A stretch of 64,000 bases of DNA from Rhodosorus marinus CCMP1338. Its lineage: Eukaryota > Plantae > Rhodophyta. Positions within the stretch are counted from its first letter, which is position 1, and every line of letters starts with the position of its first letter. The DNA lies in NCBI GenBank assembly GCA_029953675.1, contig JAMWBK010000003.1, positions 3,286,001-3,350,000 on the forward strand, given 5' to 3'. The notes under the pieces were generated by a model that was given only the letters and a program-made list of their open reading frames with translations, was not told the origin of the DNA and made no database searches. The position numbers were made by a program, and so were the translations under genes. Shown one piece after another: positions 22,560 through 33,480 of the stretch.

Positions 22560-25385
22560 GAACGAATGGTTTAATCGGAGGCTGAAACAAAACCCCGAGG
22601 GGAAAAAAAGACTAAGCGCGGCGAAGTACTCGCGCCTCCAACATCAAAGCGGCATTCATGCGCCACAGCAGGAAACTTAAGCGGGTAAACAACGATTGAA
22701 GACGGTCAGGGCGTTCGCGGAACAACTCCCGAAGCCAGCGAGAACCAACAGAGTCCATGAACCCAAAGCACTCAATGATCAGGGGTACCAAGCGATGTGC
22801 TAGTGCCGAAGCACGAACACCAGGGGAAGACAAAGCCCCCGCGTATTTGATCTCTTTGCGGCGTCTCATGCTGGCGGCGGCAGATCCACGGCGCTCCCCC
22901 GCAGCCGGGAGATAACGACTAGCTTGAGGGTTAGGAATAGCAAGATCAACGTATGTGGTACGGCGGCTGTCGTCACAGGTGATCACCAGGTCGGCTACAC
23001 GGCGTTCATCATTTTGAAAGTCCGCGACGGGTAAAGGTTTCTCACGTTCGATTTCCAGACCGGCTTGCCGGACTATAGGCCGAAGTTCCCGGTATAACAG
23101 GTTCAAGATCCGTGTATGGCGGCGGGTTCGAGCACCTTTCACCGCCGGGCAACTAGCGAGCAGGTGGGCGCCAAAATCTGCGTTGTCTTCAGTCTGAGAG
23201 CAGAGAGGGCACGACGAACCCATCTCGTACGGCCAAGGGGGCTGATGTAAGCCGAGGTATAAGCGCAGTGAAGTACGCACTTCGAAATCCGACAGTGTGA
23301 GTGGCGGAAAAGCTGGTACGGTCATGAGCCACTGAGAGCTAATAACCCCTCCAAGACTACGTAGGCGGGCGCGAGCGCGAGAAGATGAGACCATCTGCGC
23401 GAGGAGTCGGCCATATGCAGCACGGTGCAAGTCCCAAGAAAGGATATTTTGCAGCGCATCCGTGCGTGCTTGAGCTCGGCTCCCAGCGCGCTGGGAATCA
23501 TCAGGAGGATCAACTGGAACTTCTTCTTCTGCGGCAGCCACTGGGTCAATCTCCCCTAGAACAGGTTCAGGCGCAGGACGAATCCCCGGGGCGGAGCCTC
23601 GAGAGCGGTCAAATACAGCTCGCCAGTCAGGAAGACGGGGTTGAACGGTTTCGGGGAGACTAGTACAAGAATTTTCCTTCTTCCCTCCCTAGTTATTAGT
23701 AAAGTCCAGTCCAGTTATTAGTTCATCTTCACGCCTTGCGCAGCGCTTCAGGCTATGCTAGTAAACTCCAGTACAGGAATTCAGGGCGGTTTGGAGCTCC
23801 AGAAACAAGTCTTGGGCGCTTTCCGGTACGCTGGGAAGCAAGACACCCCGCGAGAGGCTCGCCATCAAATTACGGAACTTCGAGATACCCAAGCTGCTCA
23901 AAGTGGGAAGTGCGGTTCCCCAGGCCCCTACTGCGGCTGCAGGTTGGACCACAACACGGTTGCAGAGGCCCAGTCCCCCCAATCGCAATGGGAGGCCTAC
24001 TTGGGCGCGCACAACATCACAGGTGGGTCGCGGCAGAGCGCTCAGCTCTTCATCGAGAAAATACCCGAGGTCACGGAAACTTTCAGCATCCGCACGAGTG
24101 GCCAACCACCGGCCCCAATGAGTTGGAAGTGAGCGGAGCCAATAGGTTAACCGCTGACTGCAACAATACCGAAACAGCAACAACGAGCACTGGAGAAAGC
24201 CCGGAGGTAGCCGTCGAAGCTCTGCAACCAGCTGTCTGTGCTTACCGAGGAGCTGCAGCAACTCGCCTTCAACGAAGGACGGCGACCCGTAGGGGATGCC
24301 TAAGTGGACAAAACCATCCGGTCTCCAAATATCCTGGAACGACGCAGGTACCTGCTGCTCTTGTGCAGCTACACCTCCCCAGTAGAACGATTTGTGATGA
24401 TTAACCTCCAAGTCAACCCGCGAAGCCAAGGAGCGGAGACGATCATAAGCGAGCGCTAGAGTATCAGGGGGCCCCAGCAGGCACACGTCGTCGTGGTATG
24501 CAACCGTACGAACCTGCGGGAATTCGGAGCGAAGACAAAGCAAGACGAGTTGTAGTCCACAGGCATGTAGGAAAGGGGACAAGGGATCACCCTGTTGTAC
24601 CCCTGTGCGCGCCGCAAACGTGTGTGAGGAAGCGCCAAGGGTGTCATAGGTAGCCCCACGACCAAGCGGAGAATAAAGTCTACGAACAAAGGGACAGCCT
24701 ACAGGGAAGACTTCGCGCACCACGTGCATGAGAGCCGGACGAGAGACGCGGTTGAACGCATTGGTAAAATCTACAGAGAGGAGCCCAGAATCTGGGGAGT
24801 ACGCCATTTCCGAACGGAGTAAAACAGACAACAACTCACAGCCACCACGATCACAACTCACAGCCACCACGATAGCCCACGCCTAACTGCACGTGCCCAA
24901 AGAAACGGCGGGATTCGGGAACCAGGATTTTCACTAACCATCGCGCCGCCAATTTGCGGACCACCTCAACCAGGCCAATAGGGCGAATAGCAGGGCTCGA
25001 GGCCGTGTGACCGGGCTTCGAAAGCAGACACAACTGCGAACGCCCGACCAAGAACCACGCACACTCACACAGGGGATCACCATTCACAAGCGCTTCGACC
25101 ACCCACGCCAACGCCTTCAAACCTTCATCACTTAAGAAACGGAGATATTCCACTCGCAGCCCCGAGGGCCCTGGGGAACGGCCCTTCGGAGCATCATGAA
25201 CCAACTCACGCACCGCCTCCAGATTGACCACTAACCGCGCACTGGGATGTGGCGCGGCGCGGTACTCTTCCAACACTGATTCAATATTGGCTTTCGTAAA
25301 TGAAAGCCAATATTGTAAGCTAAGTTTCAGCTTGGCAAATATTGACTGGAACATTGTTGGGAGTCCCCCCATAGTTCTAGTTGAG
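22560..25385 (-). mobile_element. Non-LTR retrotransposon family D, 5'-truncated (RT, CCHC, RLE), frameshifted, interrupted at 23674-23769
   Basis: GRSPGPSGLRVE, IRPIGLVEVVRK, VDFTNAFN, GVQQGDPLSP, AYHDD, LPLRLGGLG, CPLCSQ..HLLASC, RHTRI, ADL..YVDLAI, PLIIECFG. Confidence 0.92.
23674..23769 (+). mobile_element. 96-bp family C 3'-end insertion antisense inside family D, with a 12-bp target-site duplication
   Basis: Insert matches family C 3' UTR (38915-38980); flanked by AGTACAAGAATT (23662-23673) and AGTACAGGAATT (23770-23781); removal restores D reading TALNSCTSLP. Confidence 0.85.
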
Positions 25386-27000
25386 ACGATGAATGAATGG
25401 TTTAATCGGAGGCTAGAAAAAAAACCTCGAGGGAAAAAAACGACTAAGCACCGCGAAGGTCGCGGGCCTCCAATAACAACGCAGCGTCATACGCCACAGC
25501 AAGAAACTCAATCGAATAAACAAAGATTGTAGACGGTCCGGGCGTTCGCGGAATATCTCCCGAAGCCACAGCGATCCAATGGAGTCTACAAACCCAAAGG
25601 ATTCGATGATGAGAGGCACCAGGCGGTGTGCGAGAGCCGACGCACGGACCTCGGGGGTCGACAGTGCCCTCGCATACGTCACCTCCGTATGTCGACGCAT
25701 ACTGGCGGCGGCAAAACCACGGCGCTCCCCTGCGGTCGGCAAATAACGACTAGCCTGGGGATTCGGGATAACCAGGTCCACATAAGTGGTTCGGCGGCTA
25801 TCGTCGCAGCTAACCACTAGGTCAGCCACTCGGCGCTCTTCAGTTTGGGAGGCTTTAACCGGCAGGGGGTTTTCACGTTCAATTTCGAGACCGGCTTGCC
25901 TAACGATGGGCCGAATTTCGCGGTATAACAAGCTTAAAAGGCGCGTGTGGCGACGGGTGCGAGCACCTTCCACCGCAGGGCAACTGGCGAGCAGGTGGGC
26001 GCCAAAATCGGCGGTATCTTCCGTCTGGGAGTATATCGGACACGGCGAACCTCTCTCGTACGGCCAGGGGGGTTGGCGTAGCCCGAGGTATAAACGAAGA
26101 GAGGCACGTACTTCGAAATCAGTAAGCATTAGGGGCGGGAAAGCTGGTACCGTCGTCAGCCACTGGGAACTAATGCAGCCGCCAAGACCCCGTAGGCGGG
26201 CGCGATCACGGGAAGAGGAGACCATCTGCGCGAGGAGGCGGCCATATGAAGCACGGTGCAAGTCCCAAGAGAGGGTGTTTTGCAACGCATCCGTGCGCGC
26301 GGCGACTCGGCTCACAGAGCCCAGTCGATCAGAGGGAGGGTCGCGAGGGACCTCAGGATCCTGCTCCACGTCAGGGTCAAGTGTTGCCGTACCAGGGACA
26401 GAATCAATGCGCGGCGCAGTGCTTCGGGAACGCGCGAAAACGGCTCGCCAGCACGGTAAACGGGGCTGGATGTCAGCGGGGAGGCGGGTACAAGATGATA
26501 ACGTAACCCCCGCCGATTGGAGTTCCAAAAACAAACCTCGGACAGTGTCGGGGGCACTGGAGTGTAGTTCGTCACCGGACAGACTGACCTCGAGAGAGCG
26601 AAAACTTGAAACGCCTAACGCGCACAACGTCGGGAGCACGGTACCCCAGGACCGTACCACGGCTGCAGGTTGAATGACAGCGCGGTTAGAGAGACCGAGA
26701 CCGCCCAGGCGAAGAGGGAGGCCCACTTGTGCGCGGACGACATCACGAGTGGGGCGTTGGAGGTGAACCAGCTCCTCATCCAAAAAAAAGCTTAGTTCCG
26801 AAAAGCTCTCATCATCCGCACGTTTAGCGAGCCACCGAACCCAGTGATTCGGAAGCGAGCGGAGCCAATATGTGAGCCTTTGACTGCAGCAATAGCGATC
26901 GAGCAACAAGGAGGTCCGGAGAAAACCACGCGGCAACCAACGGAGCTCCGAGACGAGCTGCCGGTGCTTACTCAGAAGCTGCGACAACTCACTTTGAGAC
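25386..27000 (-). mobile_element. Family D, diverged subfamily copy, 5'-truncated (RT thumb to RLE)
   Basis: ORF 25413..26987: YCCSQRLTYWLR, LPLRLGGLG, HLLASC, RHTRL, YVDLVI, PLIIESFG; 3' UTR CAGCCTCCGATTAAACCATTCATT. Confidence 0.9.
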
Positions 27001-27064
27001 GATTGCGTTTCTCACGTCCCCACATGATTTGATAAATCATTCAAGATGGAGTATGGCTTGTACA

Positions 27065-27356
27065 TCAGTGAACGAATGGTTTAATCGGAGGCTGAAAGAA
27101 AAAACCCCGAGGGGAAACAAAGACTAAGTGCGGCGAAGAACTCGCGCCTCCAACATCAAAGCGGCATTCATGCGCCACAGCAGGAAACTTAAGCGGGTAA
27201 ACAACGATTGAAGACGGTCAGGGCGTTCGCGGAACAACTCCCGAAGCCAGCGAGAACCAACAGAGTCCATGAACCCAAAGCACTCAATGATCAGGGGTAC
27301 CAAGCGATGTGCTAGTGCCGAAGCACGAACACCAGGGGAAGACAAAGCCCCCGCGT
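27065..27356 (-). mobile_element. Family D short 3' fragment
   Basis: RYAGALSSPG..LEARVLRR plus family D 3' UTR. Confidence 0.85.
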
Positions 27357-27537
27357 ATCGGAATCGAGGTAGTGACCAGAATAAACACCTCGGTTTTGCC
27401 ACCTCAAGAGGGGTTCTTAACCCCTCACCAATAAGGTGATTTTTCCTCAAATGCGGATCCGATAAACATTTATCAGCAGACAGCTCGATACTTATTTACT
27501 CGACGCAATCGGACGTTCATTTACCGGACGGACATGA

Positions 27538-28647
27538 CAACCTTATGCAAGTGTGCAAAAAAAACTACCCCAATCATTGATCCGGAACTACTACTGAGAA
27601 TGGTTTTACGAACTACTGAGAGTCGGTTTGGAAAAGGAGCGGACTAAATTTCTGTCCGTCCAAAGTGGACGTTCTTTTATGGGACGGAGATGATATCCTT
27701 AATTGGGTGTACGAAACCCAAATAAGGACATCATCCAAGTATGAGTCTGCACAAAAATGTTGAAACGGTCACGCGATGAACGGTGACGATACGCTCTCAG
27801 CATCTAGGAGGGTGATTCACACACGGTCACACATACGGTAGGACCGATGTGCGAACAGTATACGGTAGACAAACCATGTAGAGGTTCAAACATTTGAAGT
27901 AGTTTGAACAGTACAAGGTATCGATCTTCCCCACAGTATAGTAGGATACTTAAGTGGTAGATATCGAACGCAAGGGTCAGGGAAAACAATAAAGAAACTA
28001 TCGAAGTTTGGCTGACGGGACTTTGGTCAAGGTTGGGAATCCTTGAAAATTCCAACATACTGAGAGTCGGTTTGGAAAAGGAGCGGACTAAATTTCTGTC
28101 CGTCCAAAGTGGACGTAACCTTATGCAAGTGTGCAAAAAAAACTACCCCAATCATTGATCCGGAACTACTACTGAGAATGGTTTTACGAACTACTGAGAG
28201 TCGGTTTGGAAAAGGAGCGGACTAAATTTCTGTCCGTCCAAAGTGGACGTTCTTTTATGGGACGGAGATGATATCCTTAATTGGGTGTACGAAACCCAAA
28301 TAAGGACATCATCCAAGTATGAGTCTGCACAAAAAAAAAGGAATCGCGCTAGAAAGTTAGGGAGCATATATAAATAGCAGAGAGCATATATAAATAGCAG
28401 AGAGAGAGATTCCGAATGCGGACTATGCAATCAAAACTCTCTAATGAGCACTGACGGCTAAAGCCAGGGGGGGGGGGCAGGCAACGTGGAGGTCGGTTTG
28501 GAAAAGGAGCGGACTAAATTTCTGTTCGTCCAAAGTGGTCGTTCTTTTATGGGAACGCAGATGATATCCTTATTAAGGATATCCTTAATAAGGATATCCT
28601 CTCCGTACGATAGAAGAACGTCCACATTGGAGGGACAGAAATTTAGT
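27538..28647. repeat. Cluster of 220-bp direct repeats (27538-27757, 28117-28338, partial 28060-28116) and a 135-bp imperfect palindrome (28513-28647) built from the same unit
   Basis: Unit GAGAGTCGGTTTGGAAAAGGAGCGGACTAAATTTCTGTCCGTCCAAAGTGGACG repeated; ACTAAATTTCTG..GATATCCTTATTA pairs with TAATAAGGATATC..CAGAAATTTAGT. Confidence 0.85.
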
Positions 28648-28993
28648 ACCTACGAGGGATTACCGGGATTTCCACGGCTGACATACGCTTAATTTTTTGT
28701 TTAAGTTGGGACACTACAGAGCCTTGCAAGGGGTCCCTATAGTCGCGACTTCGCCAGAATGCCCGTTCACAATGTCCACAGTCTTTGCGCGTGGTTTTAT
28801 TACAGGGTTATAAGTAGAGCGACGAAGGCTAGATGTTGGGATGGGTTGAACAAGAGATATGTCACAAGTCATACATTGCTAGAAGCGGAGATTGTCATAT
28901 ACGCTGAGAACTGAATTTGGAGTGGAGTGAAAGAGTTTGTAGAGCGAAGGCGAAAATTGTCCTTTTTCTTTTTTGTGTAGGAGCGGATTGAAC

Positions 28994-29374
28994 ATGATGA
29001 AACTGAGTGCTTTCGGTCTGGTCACCTTACTAGGGTTCACAATGGCGGTTCCATTGATGCAGAAAGTTCATCTTGATAAGAAAGTACACGCAGAGGTCGA
29101 GGAGGCCGTAGCCCGCGTTGACGAGACCGTATTTCCCTTTTCAGCTGAAGGGGACGGAGCCAGCGCGTCCAAGGAAGCCGTAAACCGCAAGACCCTTTTG
29201 GTCTTGGATGGTGCGGACACAAACGCCGTTAAGGTAGAGAGGGCCGTCGCCCGCCTTGGCACGTCCGGATATGACGCAGTTGCCGCTGAGAGGTTTCAAA
29301 CCGGAGACGCCCCCCGAACTCTAGCCAGCATGGCCAAGGGAGCCGTAAACCGCGTGACCCTTTGGCTCTGGGGT
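28994..29374 (+). pseudogene. Secreted protein gene with internal repeats, apparently 3'-truncated by retroelement sequence
   Basis: MMKLSAFGLVTLLGFTMAVP signal-like N-terminus; repeated (E/R)AVAR..(E/G)AVNR; sequence switches to family C-like ORF1 near 29374. Confidence 0.5.
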
Positions 29375-29657
29375 GGTGCCCTCCCATTCTTCGTTCAGAT
29401 CCCTACTAAACCAACTCCGCTTTCGCCTCTCTGAGCACGAGACCAGTGTGAAAGCCGCCATCCATCGCATTGAGCGGATACTTATGGAGCGTTTCGCGTC
29501 GGGTCCACGCCATCTGCGGGCAGCCGCCTCTACCTTTTTCGACCTGGAGGTCGGCCGGTTGACCAGTTTGGTGAGGTTAGGAGGCAAACGCGCGAGGACC
29601 GACTCCCCCGGGTCTAAGGGGGAGAAGCAGGATTAGCTCCCCGGGCACGGCTGCGTT
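29375..29657 (+). mobile_element. Diverged family C ORF1 C-terminal fragment
   Basis: LSEHETSVKAAIHRIERILMERFASGPRHLR..RLGGKRARTDSPG aligns with 36569..37243 product. Confidence 0.8.
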
Positions 29658-29739
29658 GGTTACGTTAGTCTGGGGGTAGGATTAGACGTATTGTTGCGCT
29701 GCAGTAGGCAGCTGCCCAGTAAAGCTTACGGTTACGTTA
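29658..29739 (+). repeat. Telomere-like unit, then a 53-bp family A 3' UTR stub, then a partial unit
   Basis: GGTTACGTTAGTCTGGGGG | TAGGATTAGACG..CAGTAAAGCTTACG | GTTACGTTA. Confidence 0.85.
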
Positions 29740-32700
29740 AGGGAGGCGTTGGGGAAGACAAAAGGAAAAGTTCGTAAGAGAGTCCGAAGATGATTGTGAG
29801 GGAGGTACGCGGGCCGAACCCGAACCTCTTGTCATTCAGGGCCCGGACCCCTCGGGCACCCGGGAAGTTTTGCAAAGGCACCAGCACCAGTCTGATGGCG
29901 ACATGCAGGAGGCACCGACGGAACCACAAGCAGGCGATGTTCAAGCACGAGCGCGGACCGAGTCTGCAGCCGCAACCGACCCGGCAGCCACATTCTTGCA
30001 TCAACTGCGTAGCTTCGACAGATGCTACCAGGACCTGGGCATCGCTGCGTCCGAAATTACAGACTTCTACAAAGCAGTTTTTCAACTGTACTCGCGGGTC
30101 AACAGCTCGCAAGAGCTGCAAGGCGTCACCGGACGCCTTACGGAGTTGTCCCGGAAACCGGATATGTGGGAAGGTAGAGCCGCTACTACGAATTCTGCAC
30201 CATCTCCGCATGATCTCCCACGACAGGCCGTAGGCAACCACCTCGCCCCCGAAACCGGTTACCGTAACGGTTGACTGCCAGGAAGTTATGACGTCCATGA
30301 TTTAGGAACCCGGCTCCCTGCGCCCCAGGGAGGGACAGGTGTCCGGGATCTAGGACACTATGCGGAGGCGTTCCCAGCAATCGGGGAGGGCCCTACAAGG
30401 CCAACCTTCGCCGAGTTTGCAGCTCAGAAAGAACCAGGGAGAGAAGGAGATGCTCGTTCCAGAACTTTTGGACGCCCCGGACCCCAAACCCAGCAGGCTG
30501 CCCTGCGGCAACTGCACGCTACGGTCGGGGGGTCTAGTTGGGGACCCGATGTTGCTCCAGTCCTCGCGACGCTACGGAATGTCCGACCCCCAAGGCTGGA
30601 TGAGGTGGCCCCTGCGGATTTTGCAACGGTTCTTTGCAGAGCACTGGGTATGCCCAGCTCTTATTTGGTGCATGTGGACTTTATTGCCTCCCATGCCTGC
30701 CTGCTGTGCCATCCAGACGCAATTCCGATTCTCCAAAGTGCCATCTCCCGAGGAGTTTTTCTGACTGGGATTTTCGGATCCTTCACACAACGACACGCCG
30801 ATCGACAAGTAAGCCTTTACACTGGCCAGGCGCTGGACCCAGACAACCTTCTGGGTTACCTCGAACGTCAGACCATCGCTCCCGGGGATATCGCTGCCCA
30901 CACGCTGAAGCGGGCCATCGAGCAGCTTGTCCGCATTCGTTCGAGGATCCGCAGGCGACAACTCTCCTTCCACACTCTCGCAGCGCTCTACGAGTTTCTG
31001 GAGGCACGACTAGAGCTCCTAAAAGGCGGACAACATCCGCCTGAGGTACCCGGGGAGTGCGCGGAACCCCCTGGGCCTGCAGCCGCTTCGAACGCAGACC
31101 CTGAAGCCTCGTCCCTTCCAGGGGATGCACAAGCAGACCGTGGGACAGTTGACGCCCAGTTTGAGACTAGCGCGACTTCCCAAGTACCTGAGAACGGAGC
31201 ACACGAGGACAATCCCCATGCGGAGCTCCTCTGCAACCTTCCGGAGCCACCTCAACAGAAGCGCTCGCGAGTATCCGCCGATGGAACCGGACCGGATACT
31301 GAGATGACCTCGGCAGCCGTGGAGACTCCACCGGATACCACTGTGACACAGGTTGCCCTTGACGGCAACCATCACGCGATGGACACGCAGGAGAGCCAGG
31401 AAAACCCAGCGCAATAATGCCGAGCACACGTAGGGGAATTAAACGACGCCGCGACGAGCCTCTGTTCTTCTCGGATCGTCAAGACTGGATCAGGCGGTGG
31501 AGCGTCTTCGTCGACGACGTCACGGAAGGAGGCAGGCAGTGGACGCGCCTTACACACTGCCCGGTTCCCACACGGCGATTTGTGCCACGCGCCCAGGTTC
31601 AAACATGGAGCTGCCTCTTCCGTGCTGCATTAGAGCTCTCTATGGACAGCACCGCACCAACAAAAGCCAGCCTGCTTCTTGTCGGACTTCCAGGCCTTGT
31701 CCTTGGACACTCTGCACTTGATGTTGGCATTCAGGTATCGCATGTGCTTGAAGGAGAATCCTCTACGGTCTGGAGCGCTCTAGAGGACAAGGCGTCTATG
31801 CTGTCGCATACTACCGCACCGCAAGGAGCTGAAGCGGTTCGACGCCAACATCTCGGGCGCCACAAGCGAGCGCTGAAACTAGCACACCTTGGCCGCCTTT
31901 CAGATGCAGCTCGAAGCCTACAGGCCACCGAAATGGCACCTTTTACCGCGGCTACGTGGAGACAACTACAAGCGCTCTTTCCCAACCCGGCGGAAGGTGA
32001 CATACCAGACGAGATTGCACACGCCCTGCAATCTTTGCTCGCTCTGAATACCGAAATACTAAAGCGGCGGTGGGATTCAAGAAAAGCTGCCGACGAGGGC
32101 CTGATGTCGATCGCGGCACGTCTTCCTCAGGGCAAGAGCCCAGGTCCTAGCGGTCTCCGAGCGGAACACCTCCAAGGTGCAACTCAACAGACGCAAGTGG
32201 CGTTGATTCGTGTATTGCGACAACTGGCGACCGCTCCTGAGAAATTTTCCCCGGCTCTGACCCGCGCCCTTCGCAGTAGTCGACTCCTACCGTTCGCGAA
32301 GCCTAACAAGGGTTCAGTGCCACAGGAGCATCCCGGAGTTCGCCCTATCGGAGTACCAGAAGTTTTGCGCAAGGTAGCAACGCAATGGACTCTTCACGCG
32401 GTTATGGACAGGGTGCGTGAGCTCCTGGTGTCCTTACAACTGGGTATTGGAGTAAGTGGCGGGTGCGAACGCTCACTTCACGCGATCCAGGCCCATTTGT
32501 CATGCGAACCCGATTCGGTGGTCCCTCGGCTAGACCTAGAGAATGCCTTTAATCGCATCGACCGACGCCTTGCCAAGCAACTGGTGGACGAACACTTGCC
32601 GGAGCTTGCACCAGTGTATAGACTTGGATATGGAAGCGACAACGCGGACTCACCGACGCTCTGTGGCTGGCGATCTTCCCCTGGACAGAACGAAACCGAC

Positions 32701-33480
32701 ACCTCTCGCCTGACTCTCCAAGCAACTACAGGAGTCCAACAGGGAGATCCACTGGGGCCGGTGCTACATGCACTATCCCTGGCGCCCTTTCTAAGAGCGT
32801 TGCGAGCCAAGCTCCCCAGCGAAACGATTGTTGCTATCCACGACGATATCACGATTGTCGGGCCGCTACAAGCCTTGAAGGCATCCCGGGCATGGGGAAA
32901 AACTGTGCTCCCCTCTCTTGGAGCACGCCTGCAACTCGGCAAGTGCACTGTGTACGGGCGAACACTGACTACCACGCGAGTGGTCAATCATGAGATTCCT
33001 GGAGTGCAAGTGACCAGAGACGGAGTCACCATCCACTCGATACCGATAGGCAGCCGAGAATATATCGAACAGGAGTGCCGGGGGCTGCAAAATAAGCATG
33101 AGAAACTCTTTGAGCAAATTGCCAAGCTCCCACAACCGGAGCTTACGACGCAAATTGCCCTCTTCAGGTTCTGTGCGGAAATGCGGCTAGACTATGTTCT
33201 ACGATGCCTCGCACACGAGTTTGGAAGAACTCTGGCACGCGAGGCCGATGTGATGACCAGATATCATCTGGAAATTCTATTCGGAGGCCTCTCTACGACA
33301 GCTGTAGAGGACGACGAGTACGCAGAGCTGATCTCGGACCAAATCGCTCTGCCCTGCCGCTGGGGGGGGTTGAGTTTCGCTACTCGAAAGCGCGTCCAAC
33401 CCATTGCGTTTTACTCGTCATGGAGAAACACCTTCCGGAACAATGAAGATGAATGGCCATACCTGACTGAACTGGACTTT
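29740..33480 (+). mobile_element. Family A element from its 5' end through RT (ORF1 29870..31417 with frameshift; ORF2 31417..33495), 3' part replaced by an antisense family C copy
   Basis: GKSPGPSGLRAEHL, RPIGVPEVLRK, QLGIGVSGGCE, LDLENAFNRIDR, GVQQGDPLGP, AIHDD, LPCRWGGL. Confidence 0.93.

Noticed and set aside
28290-28335. YLDDVLIW peptide on the minus strand resembling a gypsy RT motif
   Set aside because: No other RT motifs around it in any frame; it sits inside a non-coding repeat unit and is probably chance or an unrecognisable remnant.
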